NCBI RefSeq assembly: GCF_009834535.1
Contig: NC_045716.1
Location: forward strand, 21,948,001 to 22,012,000
Source: Camelus ferus
Lineage: Eukaryota
Direction: 5' to 3'
Length of the DNA stretch: 64,000 nt
Positions 14,701 to 27,646 of this stretch are shown here, piece after piece. Position 1 is the first letter of the stretch, and each line of letters begins with the position of its first letter. The notes under the pieces were generated by a model. That model was not told the DNA's origin. It saw only the letters and a list, made by a program, of their open reading frames with translations, and made no database searches. The position numbers and the translations under genes were made by a program.

Positions 14701-16133
14701 CCTGCGTCTAGTCTGGCATATACTTGGTGCTCAATAAATGNNNNNNNNNNNNNNNNNNNNNNNNNNNNNNNNNNNNNNNNNNNNNNNNNNNNNNNNNNNN
14801 NNNNNNNNNNNNNNNNNNNNNNNNNNNNNNNNNNNNNNNNNNNNNNNNNNNNNNNNNNNNNNNNNNNNNNNNNNNGAGTTCCTGACATTGAGAAAGAAGT
14901 GTGTCCACCAGACCCTTAGCTGCCTATCCATACATAATTGCACCACATTCCTGTCTGTCTCCTGCTCTTCCCCTTGTACATTCCCTTCCTCACCCCCCAG
15001 GGACACTGGGTACCTGAAGGGCTCCGCCAGGGGTTGGTGATCTTGTGCACTTTGAGTGGGGCACCAGTAAATCTGGCGTAAGTCTGCAGGGAAGGAAGCA
15101 GAAGGCAGAGGCCAGGGACATGGCCCCCACAGGGGAATCAAGAAAAGAAATAACATTTACTTAATACCATCTGTGCTATGTTCTATGCTTAGTAATTGCC
15201 TCACAAAAAAAGAGGTAGACATTACTGTTCCCATTTTACAATGGGCAACACAGGGCTCAGAGAGGTGATGGACACGTCCAGGATTACAAATCAGCCAAGA
15301 AAATCCTTCCTTCTATCTTTTCCTGCCATCTACCTGGTGAACACCTAGCCTCCCCTCATTTGGAAGCACTAACCATGCCCATCCTTGGCAGGCTCTATGG
15401 CCTTTTCCTACTTATACCATAACACCTAAAAATTTTATTACATTTATTTGCTGACATGTCTACCTTTCTGTAGACAACTCCAGGGGAACAATCAAGTGCT
15501 ATTCATCTTTGCATGCCAACATTTGGTCTTTGGAAGAGGCCTAATACATGCTTGTTAAATAAAACAGTGAGTGAATGAGTGAACTAGTCTGACTCCAAAG
15601 CTCTTTCTACAGAGCCTGGCTGTGGGCCTTTTGGTTCAATAAACAATAACCTCAGTAGAAATGTTAAGTGAAAGGGAGGAAAGGGAAACTGAAAAGGCAG
15701 CAACGCCAAGCCGGAGAATCCTGAGATGGTCCAGCCTTAGTAAATCTCCGGATGAAGAAAACAGCGCCCAGGGAGAAGGGATCGCCCCAAGGTCACACAG
15801 CCAATAAATGGATGTGCAAGGACTAAAACCCATCTCCTGAACCCGTGACTAGGCCTCTTTCTATTGCTAAACAAACCCTAGGCTGCTATGGCACAGGACA
15901 TTGAGCCCACACAGGCCAGGCCCGTTGATTGCCTCACTTTCCCCCACTAAGCCTGTGCTGAGGCGCCCTGACAAAATTCGGAAGATCGGCTAGTCCAGGA
16001 CCCCTCCCCAGTCCACCAGNNNNNNNNNNNNNNNNNNNNNNNNNNNNNNNNNNNNNNNNNNNNNNNNNNNNNNNNNNNNNNNNNNNNNNNNNNNNNNNNN
16101 NNNNNNNNNNNNNNNNNNNNNNNNNNNNNNNNN
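11710..16133 (-). CDS. MTX1: Metaxin-1 (mitochondrial outer membrane SAM-associated protein), 8 exons, ~317 aa; start codon lies in an N-run
   Basis: Exons: ~16053-16133 (masked, position inferred from human), 15014-15083, ~14802-14881 (mostly masked), 13177-13269, 12818-13000, 12616-12692, 12025-12179, 11710-11924. Peptides [52 protein letters not shown] and TM tail [21 protein letters not shown]...EEDEEE*. Confidence 0.95.
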
Positions 16134-16574
16134 NNNNNNNNNNNNNNNNNNCGGAAGCACCTCCCTCTGCGCTTCAACCCTCCACCGCGCGGATCCGCCC
16201 CCCGGCCATCCAGCCGCTGGCGGTGGGGAGCCGGGGGAGGCCCTCCGGAAGGCGCGGCTTGTCCCGGCCCGAGAGGCAGCCTGACGGCGTGGGGCGGAGC
16301 CCAGGGCTTCGGGGGAAGGCGGCCACCGCCTGATCCAGAGGCGGCTCCCGAAGGGGGGAAGGGCTCTCAGCCCGGCGCGCCTTGCAGAATCAGGGCGCTT
16401 CGGCCGAGGGGAGTCCCGAGCCCCCGAAGGCGCGGCGGGCCCCGGAGAAGGGGGTTTTGTGCTCCTGGGCGGGCTCTGGGGGCCTTCGCAAATCTGCAAG
16501 AGGTCTAGGCTGCTCCGGGGCCCCTTAGGGCTCAGCCCCTAGCGGGGGCTGCGGGGGGGTCCCCCGAGCTGCAT

Positions 16575-17490
16575 GTTTTCCACAGCGCGTTATGTTTGGA
16601 GCCTGCCCTGCGCCTCCTGTCGCCATGGAAACAAAACAGGGGCGGTGGCGGCGGACAGAGCTAGGCCCGGCTGGGGCCTGGGTGGGGGAGGGGAGGTGGG
16701 GCTCGCGAGCTGTTGCCTCGGTAACGGGAACCAAGGCGCCCCTCCGCTTCATCCGGGTCACAGCCTGTTCGCCAGTACCCCCAGTGTTCCCAGTGTCGCC
16801 CCTGGCCCTTGGCCTGTCCTCTGGTCTACTTCTCTCTTTGGTGTCCCTTTCCTCTTTCCTTCACTCCAACCTCACTGACCACTGTTTCAGACTCTTCCTC
16901 TGGTTCCCGCTGGACGCTTCCAGACTCCAAGTTTTCCTAGGAATGAGGGAAAATGGAGTAACAAACACAAGTCGTGGGACCCTAACCCTAATAAAAAGCA
17001 CTTGCTTAGTCAGAGCAGCAAACTTCATGCCATGTGGACATCCCCTGGGCACTATAGCAAGTTAGTTTCGGCCACTCCCTTGGAATTCTCTCATGCCAGC
17101 TGTGGAATAATGCCCACTGTCTGGCACTGCCCCTGCCAAGGGTTCCTGCCTTCCCCAACTGTGACTTCCAGAAAACAGTAGCATTCGGTAGCAGCCCCCA
17201 ACAGCGAGATGCCGGGAGAGAAGGAGGCACCTGGGGGAGAGCACCGTTAGAGAGTCAGGAGGCAAGGAGGCCTCCAGGACACTTCCCTAGTGCCCCTGGT
17301 TCCCGGAGCTGGGGATGCCTCCAGGGTGATTGGCAGCTCTTTGTTTCACACCCCCCCCACCGCCTGCCGGCATCCCCCCCCCCCTTCAACTCCCCCTTCC
17401 AGTCCCTCCGCCCCCCGCTCCTGCTCTCCGCCTAGCCTTTTCCCCTCCCAAGCCGCCTGCCTGCCAGGGGTAGTGAGCCGGCTGAGCGGC
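16575..17490. promoter_or_regulatory. Shared divergent MTX1/THBS3 promoter region (CpG-rich on the MTX1 side)
   Basis: Head-to-head genes. X-box-like GTCGCCATGGAAAC 16619-16632 and GTTGCCTCGGTAAC 16712-16725, palindrome GCTCGCGAGC 16701-16710, and C-rich GC-box tracts at 17350-17420. Confidence 0.8.
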
Positions 17491-20400
17491 ATGGAGACGC
17501 AGGAACTTCGGGGGGCCCTGGCTCTTCTCCTCCTTTGCACTTTCTCATCTGCCAGTCAGGACCTGCAGGGTAAGCCTGTCTCCATCCTCTTAGACCCCTC
17601 TCTGTCTCCTCCCCATTTGCCCCCAGCTTAGTAGCAGGGAACATGTGGGCAAGGGGAGATGGGAGAGTCCTGAAATTGAACGGGAGGGAAGAGTTGATGA
17701 AATTATGGCCCTGGGGGGGGGGGGAGGAGTTGACACCAGAACGTGATGGATGAGTGGGAGCTTGCCAGGTTCAGCATGAGGCCAGGGTAGAGGACTCAAG
17801 AGCTGGATGCTAGGGCTGGGTTGGTGTCTGAGCATCCCCAGGCACCCCAGGGTCTCGCAGAGCAGCTCAGAGGTGGGCTTATTCCAGCCCTGAGCTCCTG
17901 GCTGCCTAAGAGCTGGGGCGGGGGGGGGGGGGGGGGAGGGGGGGGGGGCAGGGTAGGGGAGATGGAGAAGTCTGGTCTCTCCTGGAGGTCTGGTTGTAGG
18001 ATGGGCCTGTGGATGTGGGAGAGGTAGTTGGAGCAGATGACACAGGCACAGATTCTTTACTGGCTGGAAGGGAAACCACAGATTGGCTAGGACACAGGAG
18101 GCAGAGGAGCTGGGTCCTATGTTCCTATGGGAGAGAGCCAGACAGTAGGAGGGTCAGAGCTTTCAGTGGGCAGCTGTCCTCATCTAGAGCGAGTGTACTG
18201 AACCCTCAGTATGGGAGGAGGGACACTAGGGTGTGGAATGAGCCAAACCCAGCAGTGTATAAGAGAAACTGCCTTCCCATTTCTGCACTGGGGGCACCAG
18301 GTGCTACTCCTGCCTGGGATCAGCACAGTGACTCCTTTGCGCCACCTGGTGGGGGCATCTCAAGTTTGCAGGGCGCTGTTTCTGTAATTCCCAGTGAGGC
18401 TCAGCCTGCCAGGTTCCCAGAGAGTGGCAGTAGAAAGGCACAGTGCCTGGTCCTCTGATGGCAACAAGGGTTGGATTTTGAGGTGATGACTAACACTATC
18501 GGGTAGTGATGAAGGATGCCACCCTGAAGGTTCAAAGGAGAGATCAGGCCTTAGCATTTGACAGGAGCCTGACCTTGATAATCCCTGCCTGGCCAGTGAT
18601 TGACCTGCTGACTGTGGGCGAGTCCAGGCAGATGGTAGCTGTGGCAGAGAAGATCCGGACAGCCTTGCTCACTGCTGGGGACATCTACCTCTTGTCCACC
18701 TTCCGCCTGCCCCCCAAGCAGGGCGGTGTCCTCTTCGGCCTCTACTCTCGCCAAGACAACACACGGTGGCTGGAGGCCTCTGTCGTGGGCAAGATCAACA
18801 AAGGTGACTGGTGGGCATCTCCTTTCCTGCAGTGGTGATCCCTTTGAGCACTCTGGGCTGTGCCCAGGCACCAGGGGCACCTGGTAAGGGGTGTGTAGGA
18901 GGAACCTCAGGAGGCCAGGCACCTAAACAACAGGGTGAGGCATTTGTAGGGGTGGCATGTTGTATGTGGGTGTGCCTGGGGGAAGGGGAGGCACGTCTCT
19001 GTGCCCCACTAGTGGTATAGAGAGGTCCCTCAGACCCTTGGGACAGTTCAGTTGGTACAGAACCAGCTGCCATTCTAGCAGGGGATAGAGTGATCTGATG
19101 CTACCGATGACTAAGAAAGTCCTAGTCTTTAAACCAATTTGAAAAACATTTATTGGCGGGGTGGGTATAGCTCAGTGGTAGAGCGCTTGCTTAGCATGCA
19201 TTAGTTCCTGGATTCAATCCCCAGCACCTCCATTAAAAAAAAAAAAAACATTTATCACATATCTACTATGTACAAGGTGTCTAGAGATACTTAGCTGAAT
19301 ATGGAACGATAGCCCTAGAGATATGGTGTTCAGAAGAACTGATCCAAGGCTCAACTGGGAGACAGGGGTGTGGACAGTGCCCATACTGACCTCCCCTTCT
19401 GGGCAGTGCTGGTGCGGTACCAGCGGGAGGATGGCAAAGTCCACGCAGTGAACCTACAGCAAGCAGGCCTGGCTGATGGGCGCACACACACGGCTCTCCT
19501 GCGACTCCGAGGTCCATCCAGACCCAGCCCGGCCCTGCAGCTCTATGTGGACTGCAAACTGGGCGACCAGCATGCTGGCCTTCCAGCACTGGCCCCCATT
19601 CCTCCAGCAGAGGTCAATGGGCTGGAGATTAGGACTGGACAGAAGGCTTATTTAAGGATGCAGGTGAGCAGGAAGGGAGGACCCTCTGCATGTCTGTGGA
19701 TACAGTTTGCACTGATGGGAGGAGGAGCTGGTAGGTTCTGCCACCCTACTCTGTTCCTGTCCCCCCCAGGGTTTCGTGGAATCTATGAAAATAATTTTGG
19801 GCGGGTCCATGGCCCGGGTTGGAGCCCTGAGTGAGTGTCCGTTCCAGGGAGATGAGTCCATTCACAGTGCAGGTAACACAGAGACTTCTGTTAGCTGATA
19901 TCCTGGACCCCAGGTTCTGTGAACTTTGGTGACTCCCATCCTCTTGACCTGTCTCCCCATTAATACCAATTCCTTTGGCTCACCTATTACTGGGGCTTCT
20001 GACCCTGTCACCCAAATCTTCACCTCTGACCTGTGATCTTCAAATACCACCACCCCAGGAGGCATGGGTCAAAAAAATCTCCCTGTTAAGGTCATCCTGC
20101 CTACCAGGTTGGCCAGAAAAAAAAAAAAAAAAGGTCTGAGAAAAGACTATAACTCTGAAGAACCCTGAATAAAGGTGAAGACGTTAACTGCTTGGTCTTT
20201 CTTGGTTAACTGAGCTAAGGGTCTTGGGTCTTTTAGTTCCCATCATTGTCTGTACCCTACCAGCAGTTTCTTTGAGTGTTGCTCATCTGCCTGGCCTGAC
20301 AGGGATGCTCAGAGGCTCTCGCATAAATAAAACACCCACTTCTCCATTTCAAAGAAAGCATTCTTGTGGTGGAATCTTTAGAGGGAGGAAATGTAACGCA

Positions 20401-23400
20401 CTGGGTCCCTGGCCCTCCTTTGGGTCATGTCTCACTTGGATCCCACCTGCCACTACCATGCCTGGGAACCAGGAAGATTTGTATTTCGACCACAGTTTGA
20501 CACCACGCATACCTTTATTCCAAGGCTCCAGCCCTTTGTTCCTGTCCCTCCTTTCCTCCTCTTCACCAGCCAGGCCCCTCCTCACATCTCCACCCTCTGT
20601 TTTCTTGTCCTCTCTAGTGACCAATGCACTCCACTCCATCCTAGGTGAGTAGGCCATGGAAAGGTGGAGGGGGCATGAGGGTGGGGAGGAGGCCCAGCTG
20701 CCTGCAACCCAGTCTCCTTCAGCCAGGAATGGGGTGGGGTTTAAAGGTGGGGGAGGGGTGAGCAGTAGTGGCAGGACCTGGCTTAATACCTAGAAAGAGG
20801 CCAGAGCTGGTGCCCCACTTCTGAGCGTCTCCACACCCTGGACCCTGACAGGGGAGCAGACCAAGGCGCTGGTCACTCAACTCACCCTCTTCAACCAGAT
20901 CCTGGTAGAGCTGCGGGATGATATCCGAGACCAGGTTTCGTGGGCTGGTGAAGGGTGGTGCTGATTCTGGGATGGGGTGGCAGAGGCTGAGAGCTGATTC
21001 CTCCCCATCCTTCTGTCTAACAGGTGAAGGAAATGTCCCTGATCCGAAACACCATCATGGAGTGTCAGGTGTGCGGTGAGTGGGAGAGTAGGGGAGGGCT
21101 CCAGGTGCCATCACTGTGTTCCCTGCCGCATGGCTTTGGCCTCTACTGCTGGTGAATTAAATAGTGACCTCTTGGGGAGGGCACAGCACGCATGAGGTCC
21201 TGGGTTCAATTCCCAGTACCTCCATCAAAAAAATAAATAAATAAACCTAATCCTCAAAATTTTAAAAAAAAATCTGGGTGGCTCTGACTGTGCTCACCTC
21301 TCTGCCCCCAGGCTTCCATGAACAGCGTTCCCACTGCAGCCCCAGCCCCTGCTTCCGAGGCGTGGACTGCATGGAAGTGTACGAGTACCCTGGCTACCGC
21401 TGTGGGCCCTGTCCCCCTGGCCTTAAGGGCAACGGCACCTACTGCACTGACATCAATGAGGTGGGGGAGGACAGACTCTGGAAGGGCACAGAAAGCGGGG
21501 GTGAGGAAGTTAGGAGAGGCCTAAGAAGGTGGGGTGAATGTTGGTTAGAAGCAGGAGCTCGTAGTTGAAGAGAGAGTGGAGACCACCAAAGAACTGTGGG
21601 AAGGGTGGGAGGCGGGAGGGCCGGGGCAAAGACTGCAGGGCCATGCAGGAAAGGGGCTGGGAGTGTGGCAGGGGCAATTTGAGAAGATCAGCCAAGAGGG
21701 AACCCACAGGACGGCCTGGGGTGGGATCAGAGCATGACGAGGATGGGGAGGGGAGGCCTGCAAATGGGAGACCAGGAGCAGTGGCCCTAGGATCACAGGC
21801 AGTGGCCTGACCTCTTCCGTCTCGTCTGGTCCNNNNNNNNNNNNNNNNNNNNNNNNNNNNNNNNNNNNNNNNNNNNNNNNNNNNNNNNNNNNNNNNNNNN
21901 NNNNNNNNNNNNNNNNNNNNNNNNNNNNNNNNNNNNNNNNNNNNNNNNNNNNNNNNNNNNNNNNNNNNNNNNNNNNNNNNNNNNNNNNNNNNNNNNGTGG
22001 ATAAGAGATTTGGGCCTTGTGGGGGGTCGGGGGCTTCTGGGTTGAATGTGGAGCCTTTGAGATAAACGGGATGAGGCTACTGGCTTTGCATTGGTTTGGG
22101 GCCTGTGCTTCATGTCCGTGTTCACAGTTAAGGCCATACTAGTGCTTTCTCCTGTATCTGAGGAGACCCACCGCAGCTATGGTTCTACCCAAAGTCTGCC
22201 CCTTCAGGTCTGCAACGATATTGATGAATGCAATGACGGTAACAATGGTGGCTGTGACCCAAACTCCATCTGCACCAACACTGTGGTGAGTTAACACCCT
22301 GAGTGGGCGGTGGGGATGTGCAACCCCCTCTTCAGACTTCCTGCTTTCTGCTCCCCTCCTCCCTCCACATAGTAGGTGTCCCATGTGGACCTGGTTTGGA
22401 ATTCTGGTTCTGCCTCTTACTAGCCATGACCTTTAGCTAGTTATTTACCTTTTCTTTGCCTCAGCATCCTCACTTGAAAAATGGGACTATTCCCCACCTT
22501 GAGAGGTTGTCAGGAGACCCTACAGGATATAAGGGATTGACCTGGCATATTAGCTGTGAGGGCCCCTCCTCCACCCCTGGAGGGACTGTGCTGGTCCTAG
22601 CTGCCTGGCAGGCTGATCCTCCTTCCTGAGACACTGCTTCCCTACCCTTAGGGCTCTTTCAAGTGTGGTCCCTGTCGCTTGGGCTTCCTGGGCAACCAGA
22701 GCTACGGCTGCTTCCCAGCCCGGACCTGCCACAGCCCAGCCCACAGCCCCTGCCATGTCCACGCGCACTGTCTCTTTGAACGCAATGGTGCAGTGTCCTG
22801 CTCGGTGAGCTAGGGCCAGGGCTTGGAAGAAACGGGGAATCTGGGGGAGGGGTAGGGCTAGTAAACATGTTTAGGGGCTGGGATGGGGGCCTGCATGGGA
22901 AAGGGAGTGGGGCCTCGGCCCAGAAACTGATTGGTGAGAATAGAGCCTGAAGCAGGAAAAGGGGGTGTGTGGGGAGCCAGCCCAGGCCACTAACTCCTAC
23001 CCTTTGTGTTGCCCAGTGTAACGTGGGCTGGGCCGGGAACGGAAATGTGTGTGGGCCTGACACGGACATCGATGGCTACCCGGACCAGGCGCTGCCCTGC
23101 ATGGACAACAACAAACACTGCAAGCAGGTGCAGGGGGTCGGTGGCGAGTGAGCAGATAGGGCGCCCCAGTCTGGGACAGGAGAGAACTCATCCATCAACT
23201 TCCTCCCCCCCATCCTTTAGGATAACTGCCTTCTGACACCCAACTCTGGGCAGGAAGATGCTGATAATGATGGCGTAGGGGACCAGTGCGATGATGATGC
23301 TGATGGGGACGGGATCAAGAATGTTGAGGTGGCTCCTAGATGTCCTGCCCCTTCCAGCTCCTCTGCAACTCTGTTGCCTTATCCCATAACCCTGTCCCCA

Positions 23401-26400
23401 CTTGGTCACTGGCAGCTCCCCAGGAAGGTCCCTAGGACTGCATATTAAAGAGACATAAGCCTGGTGCCCAGGATGAGGTGGATTACATGGAGGTTGGGGG
23501 GGGTGGGACTGTGCCAAGTAGGTGGTCCATCACAGGAATGGTGATTGTAGAGGATGGCACAGGGACAAAGAAGGTACAAGGTGGCCAGTGGCTCTAGGGG
23601 GTGCCTGACTCTCTCCCTTCACCCCAGGACAACTGTCGGCTCTTCCCCAACAAGGANNNNNNNNNNNNNNNNNNNNNNNNNNNNNNNNNNNNNNNNNNNN
23701 NNNNNNNNNNNNNNNNNNNNNNNNNNNNNNNNNNNNNNNNNNNNNNNNNNNNNNNNNNNNNNNNNNNNNNNNNNNNNNNNNNNNNNNNNNNNNNNNNNNN
23801 NNNNNNNNNNNNGCTGGGAAACCTGTAAGAATTTGGAGACGGGTGGGAATGAGGCAGGGAGGCTGAGAATCCGGGGAGGGTGATGCTGGGGGAAGTCACT
23901 GTGCATGAGATGGATGTCAGTGGGAACATGATGTAGGCTGTGGGGTTAGGCAGGGACTGGGCAAGAGGATGAGACAAGGGACAGGCAGATTTCCTGAGCA
24001 GCTGTCCTCTGGATGGGAGGCAAAAGTCAGGGCTTTCACCAACCTAGAAGAGAGAGTGTGATACATTCTAGTGATAACCTTGTGTTACCCTCATATCTTC
24101 TAGGCATCCCCAATGGATTGGACAATTGCCCTAAAGTGCCCAACCCCTTACAGACAGATAGGGATGAGGATGGGGTAGGAGATGCTTGCGACAGCTGCCC
24201 TGAAATGAGCAATCCTACCCAGGTACAGGGGAATGGAGAGGGCAGGGAAGGGGTGGGGTGACTGGTGGATGAAGCCCAGCCCTTTGGATGGGAAGCGGTC
24301 AGGTTAGCCTCTTCGGAGTTAACAAAAGGAGATGGTGAGAACAGATCCCTCTCTCTCAGACAGATGCAGACAGTGACCTGGTGGGGGATGTCTGTGACAC
24401 CAATGAAGACAGGTAGGGTTTTGGCCAAAAGATGGAAGGTCTTACAGGGGATACTTTAATTTCCTCGTATATTCTCAGTTCCCTCTAGGGTCTAATCTTA
24501 ATTCTCCACTACTGTTGAGCAGGAGGTCATTCCCATTGTCTACCTTCCATTCCTCCTGCTGGACCTTCACCTCATTTGGCTGACTTCAAGGGGTCTGGCT
24601 GAATGCAGGGTATACCCCAGAGAGACTCCTAAGAAGAGTGGGGAAGAATGTGGTACCTTTAAAAGCCTTTATTTGGTGCCTGTTCTCCTGGACAGTGATG
24701 GGGATGGACATCAGGACACCAAGGACAATTGCCCACAGCTGCCGAACAGCTCCCAGCTGGACTCAGACAATGACGGACTTGGAGACGAGTGTGATGGGGA
24801 CGATGACAATGACAGTATCCCAGATTACGTGCCTCCTGGTCCTGATAACTGTCGCCTGGTACCCAATCCCAATCAGAAGGACTCAGATGGTGAGGCTGGG
24901 GTCCCCAGAGGCTTGAACTGATGTGGGCTTTGCTCAGGGAGGGGCGGTAGGCCTTGCTGGGGAGTGAGGGAAGGCAGGGTGGGGAGAGGTGTCCGCAACG
25001 CAAGGCCCAAGAAGTGGTAGTGCTGGCTTGTGGCAGTGGCCAGGGCCTTCCTGAGCGCCTGGCTTCACGCTGCCCAGGCAATGGTGTTGGTGACGTGTGT
25101 GAGGATGACTTTGACAATGATGCCGTAGTCGACCCCCTGGACGTGTGCCCTGAAAGTGCAGAGGTAACCCTCACGGATTTTCGGGCTTATCAGACCGTCG
25201 TCCTGGATCCTGAGGGTGATGCTCAGATTGACCCAAATTGGGTCGTGCTCAACCAGGTACTAGGGCAGTGGGCTGGGTGGGTGCTGTGATAGGAGACCAA
25301 CAGGCAGGGCCTAGCGGGGGCAGCGCACCTGGACCAGGGCTTTCTTCTTCCTGCATACCACCAGGGCATGGAAATCGTTCAGACCATGAATAGTGACCCC
25401 GGCCTGGCAGTTGGTATGTAAGGGATACCCAATTCAACAATGTTCGTAATTTCCAAATGGAGGGATCCTGTAGGCAGAGGATGGGGGGCAAGCTAGTCAC
25501 ACATACAGCAGGCATCCCTCCCTACCCGCACCCCGCAGTGGGCCACCAGCTGCTTTGCTGCCCCTGCCCCTGATCCCGCCCACCCGCCTGCCCCCAGGAT
25601 ACACAGCCTTCAATGGTGTGGACTTTGAAGGCACCTTCCACGTGAACACAGTGACTGACGATGACTACGCAGGCTTTCTCTTCAGCTATCAGGACAGCGG
25701 CCGCTTCTACGTGGTCATGTGGAAGCAAACGGAGCAGACCTACTGGCAGGCCACACCCTTCCGGGCTGTTGCCCAGCCCGGGCTGCAGCTCAAGGTCCCA
25801 CACTGCCCAGATTCCCCAAGCCAGGGCCCTTTCCCGAAGCCTCTCCCACCAACCCCTGGGGCCTCCCCCACTGCCTCAGTGGGAACCCTCTTACCCAGAC
25901 ATCTGCCCAGGAGGTTGGCTCCCTGGGCCTCCAGAATATTCTCCTGACTTCCTTTTCCACCCGCACTTACCGACCCGTTGTCTTCCCTAATTCGGAGCCT
26001 GTGGTTGACCCACTGTCTTTGCTGATGCCCCGTAGGCCGTAACATCAGTGTCTGGCCCAGGCGAGCACCTCAGGAATGCCCTGTGGCACACTGGCCACAC
26101 CCCTGATCAGGTACGACTGCTGTGGACCGACCCACGAAATGTGGGCTGGCGTGACAAGACCTCTTACCGCTGGCAGCTGCTGCACCGGCCTCAAGTTGGC
26201 TATATTCGGTGAGGGGAGGAGCTGAGCCCTCCCGAGGGACCCCAGGCCCAGCATTGCCTTCACCTTTAGCTGGGATTCCCCAGTGACGTCCCCTGTCCTC
26301 AGTGCCTTGGTGCCACGGGCCTGGACTGGGACCCCTTCTCCCCGTCTCCCCTCTCACTGCAGACTCACTACTCTGGCCCTGCTTTCCTCCTAACATAAGG

Positions 26401-27418
26401 CAGCCTGGGCTGTGGTGCTGCCAAGAACCTGTAGACAATGTTGGGCGAGTCCTTTTTTTGTGCTCCATTTTCCCCTCTGTAAAATGAGGGTGCCTCTGGA
26501 AGCCTCTTACCCCCAGCAGCCTGTGGAAGGCACATTACATCGGGACCCTGTCACTGGTACAGCCCAGAACCTGCCTCATCAAAGTGTCTGACCTGGAAGG
26601 GATCCTCATTTACAGAAGAGCTAACCGAGGCCCAGACTCCATGCCTGCCTTGGTAGCCGAGCCAGGCCCCTCAGTTCAGCACTCTGTCCACAAGTTTGCA
26701 TTTCCTAGTTGGTGGGGATGACAGGGAAGGGAGGGGAAATGGTCAGGAGCCCAGAGTGCAGGGACTTGAGTTGGTTCCCCTTTAAGGTGCCTGGGGCTGT
26801 GGGGCGCCAAGGCAGGGGATGGGGGGGTGGACTAGAGCCTGGGAAGCGGGTGACTTCACCCCCCAGCCCTTTGTGCTCATCGTCATGGCAACCCAATCCT
26901 CGCTTGGAATGCGGCTGCTGCTTTGAGATGCAAAGGGGGCCGGACAAAGACCAGGGGCCCTAGGCCTGAGAAAAGCACCCCCTTCCCTCCCCTTTCCCTC
27001 CTCCCTGTTACCCACCTCCCTTCTCTCTCTGGCCTGGTGAGCCCAAAGGCCGGTTGGGGATGAGCTGGGCTGGGGCATGGTGGCATAGTGCCCACTGGCA
27101 CCATAGCACCAATGGACACCCCTATCCTGGACAGGGTGAAGCTTTATGAGGNNNNNNNNNNNNNNNNNNNNNNNNNNNNNNNNNNNNNNNNNNNNNNNNN
27201 NNNNNNNNNNNNNNNNNNNNNNNNNNNNNNNNNNNNNNNNNNNNNNNNNNNNNNNNNNNNNNNNNNNNNNNNNNNNNNNNNNNNNNNNNNNCAGCCTGAC
27301 CTCTCATGCCCTCATGGGAGAGTCACATCTTCTGACCCTAATCACATCTCCTTCCTCAGACACAGTGCCCGAGGACTTTGAGCCATTCCGGAGGCAGCTG
27401 CTCCAGGGAAGAGTGTGA
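17491..27418 (+). CDS. THBS3: Thrombospondin-3, 23 exons, 956 aa (exon 9 and parts of 14 and 22 masked)
   Basis: Exons 17491-17569, 18597-18803, 19407-19663, 19770-19872, 20618-20644, 20852-20934, 21024-21075, 21312-21460, ~21856-21996 (N), 22208-22285, 22652-22804, 23017-23127, 23221-23328, 23628-~23787, 24104-24222, 24360-24412, 24696-24889, 25078-25256, 25365-25413, 25598-25794, 26036-26208, 27135-~27274, 27360-27418. [10 protein letters not shown] signal peptide, coiled coil ending CQVC, EGF repeats, DxDxDG type-3 repeats, C-terminal lectin domain ending QGRV*. Confidence 0.97.
17915..17953 (+). repeat. Long poly-G tract in THBS3 intron 1
   Basis: G4-C-G17-A-G11-CA-G3; another G-run lies at ~17713-17724. 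Confidence 0.9.
18339..18354 (-). promoter_or_regulatory. CTCF-like motif in THBS3 intron 1
   Basis: Minus strand reads CCCCACCAGGTGGCGC, matching the CTCF core CCACCAG(G/A)(T/G)GGCGC. Confidence 0.55.
19142..19255 (+). mobile_element. tRNA-Ala-derived SINE with 12-bp TSD in THBS3 intron 2
   Basis: AAAAACATTTAT at 19142-19153 and 19244-19255 brackets the head and poly-A. Confidence 0.9.
21172..21272 (+). mobile_element. Internally deleted tRNA-Ala-derived SINE in THBS3 intron 7
   Basis: GGGGAGGGCACAGCACGCATGAGGTCCTGGGTTCAATTCCCAGTACCTCCA plus tail; the A-box segment is missing. Confidence 0.8.
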
Positions 27419-27640
27419 CAAGGTGGCCACCGGATTCCGAATCCTGATTTTAGACTCTTTGGCCTTGGGGTCCATTCTGGAGACCCTGGGGTCTAATCTA
27501 CAGCTCCTCAGCCAAATACAGACCCTCCTCTGGTACCCACCAGGAGTTCAGCCCCTGAGGGTTGGTGACCCCACTGATCAGGGGGTATTTCAAGGGGGAT
27601 TTCTCAGGCACTAACCCCAGGAAAGATAACAGCACATTGC

Positions 27641-27646
27641 CATAAA
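27641..27646 (+). terminator. Candidate non-canonical THBS3 poly(A) signal (CATAAA)
   Basis: No AATAAA or ATTAAA follows the stop before the next CpG island. CATAAA is followed by GT/T-rich sequence. Confidence 0.5.
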
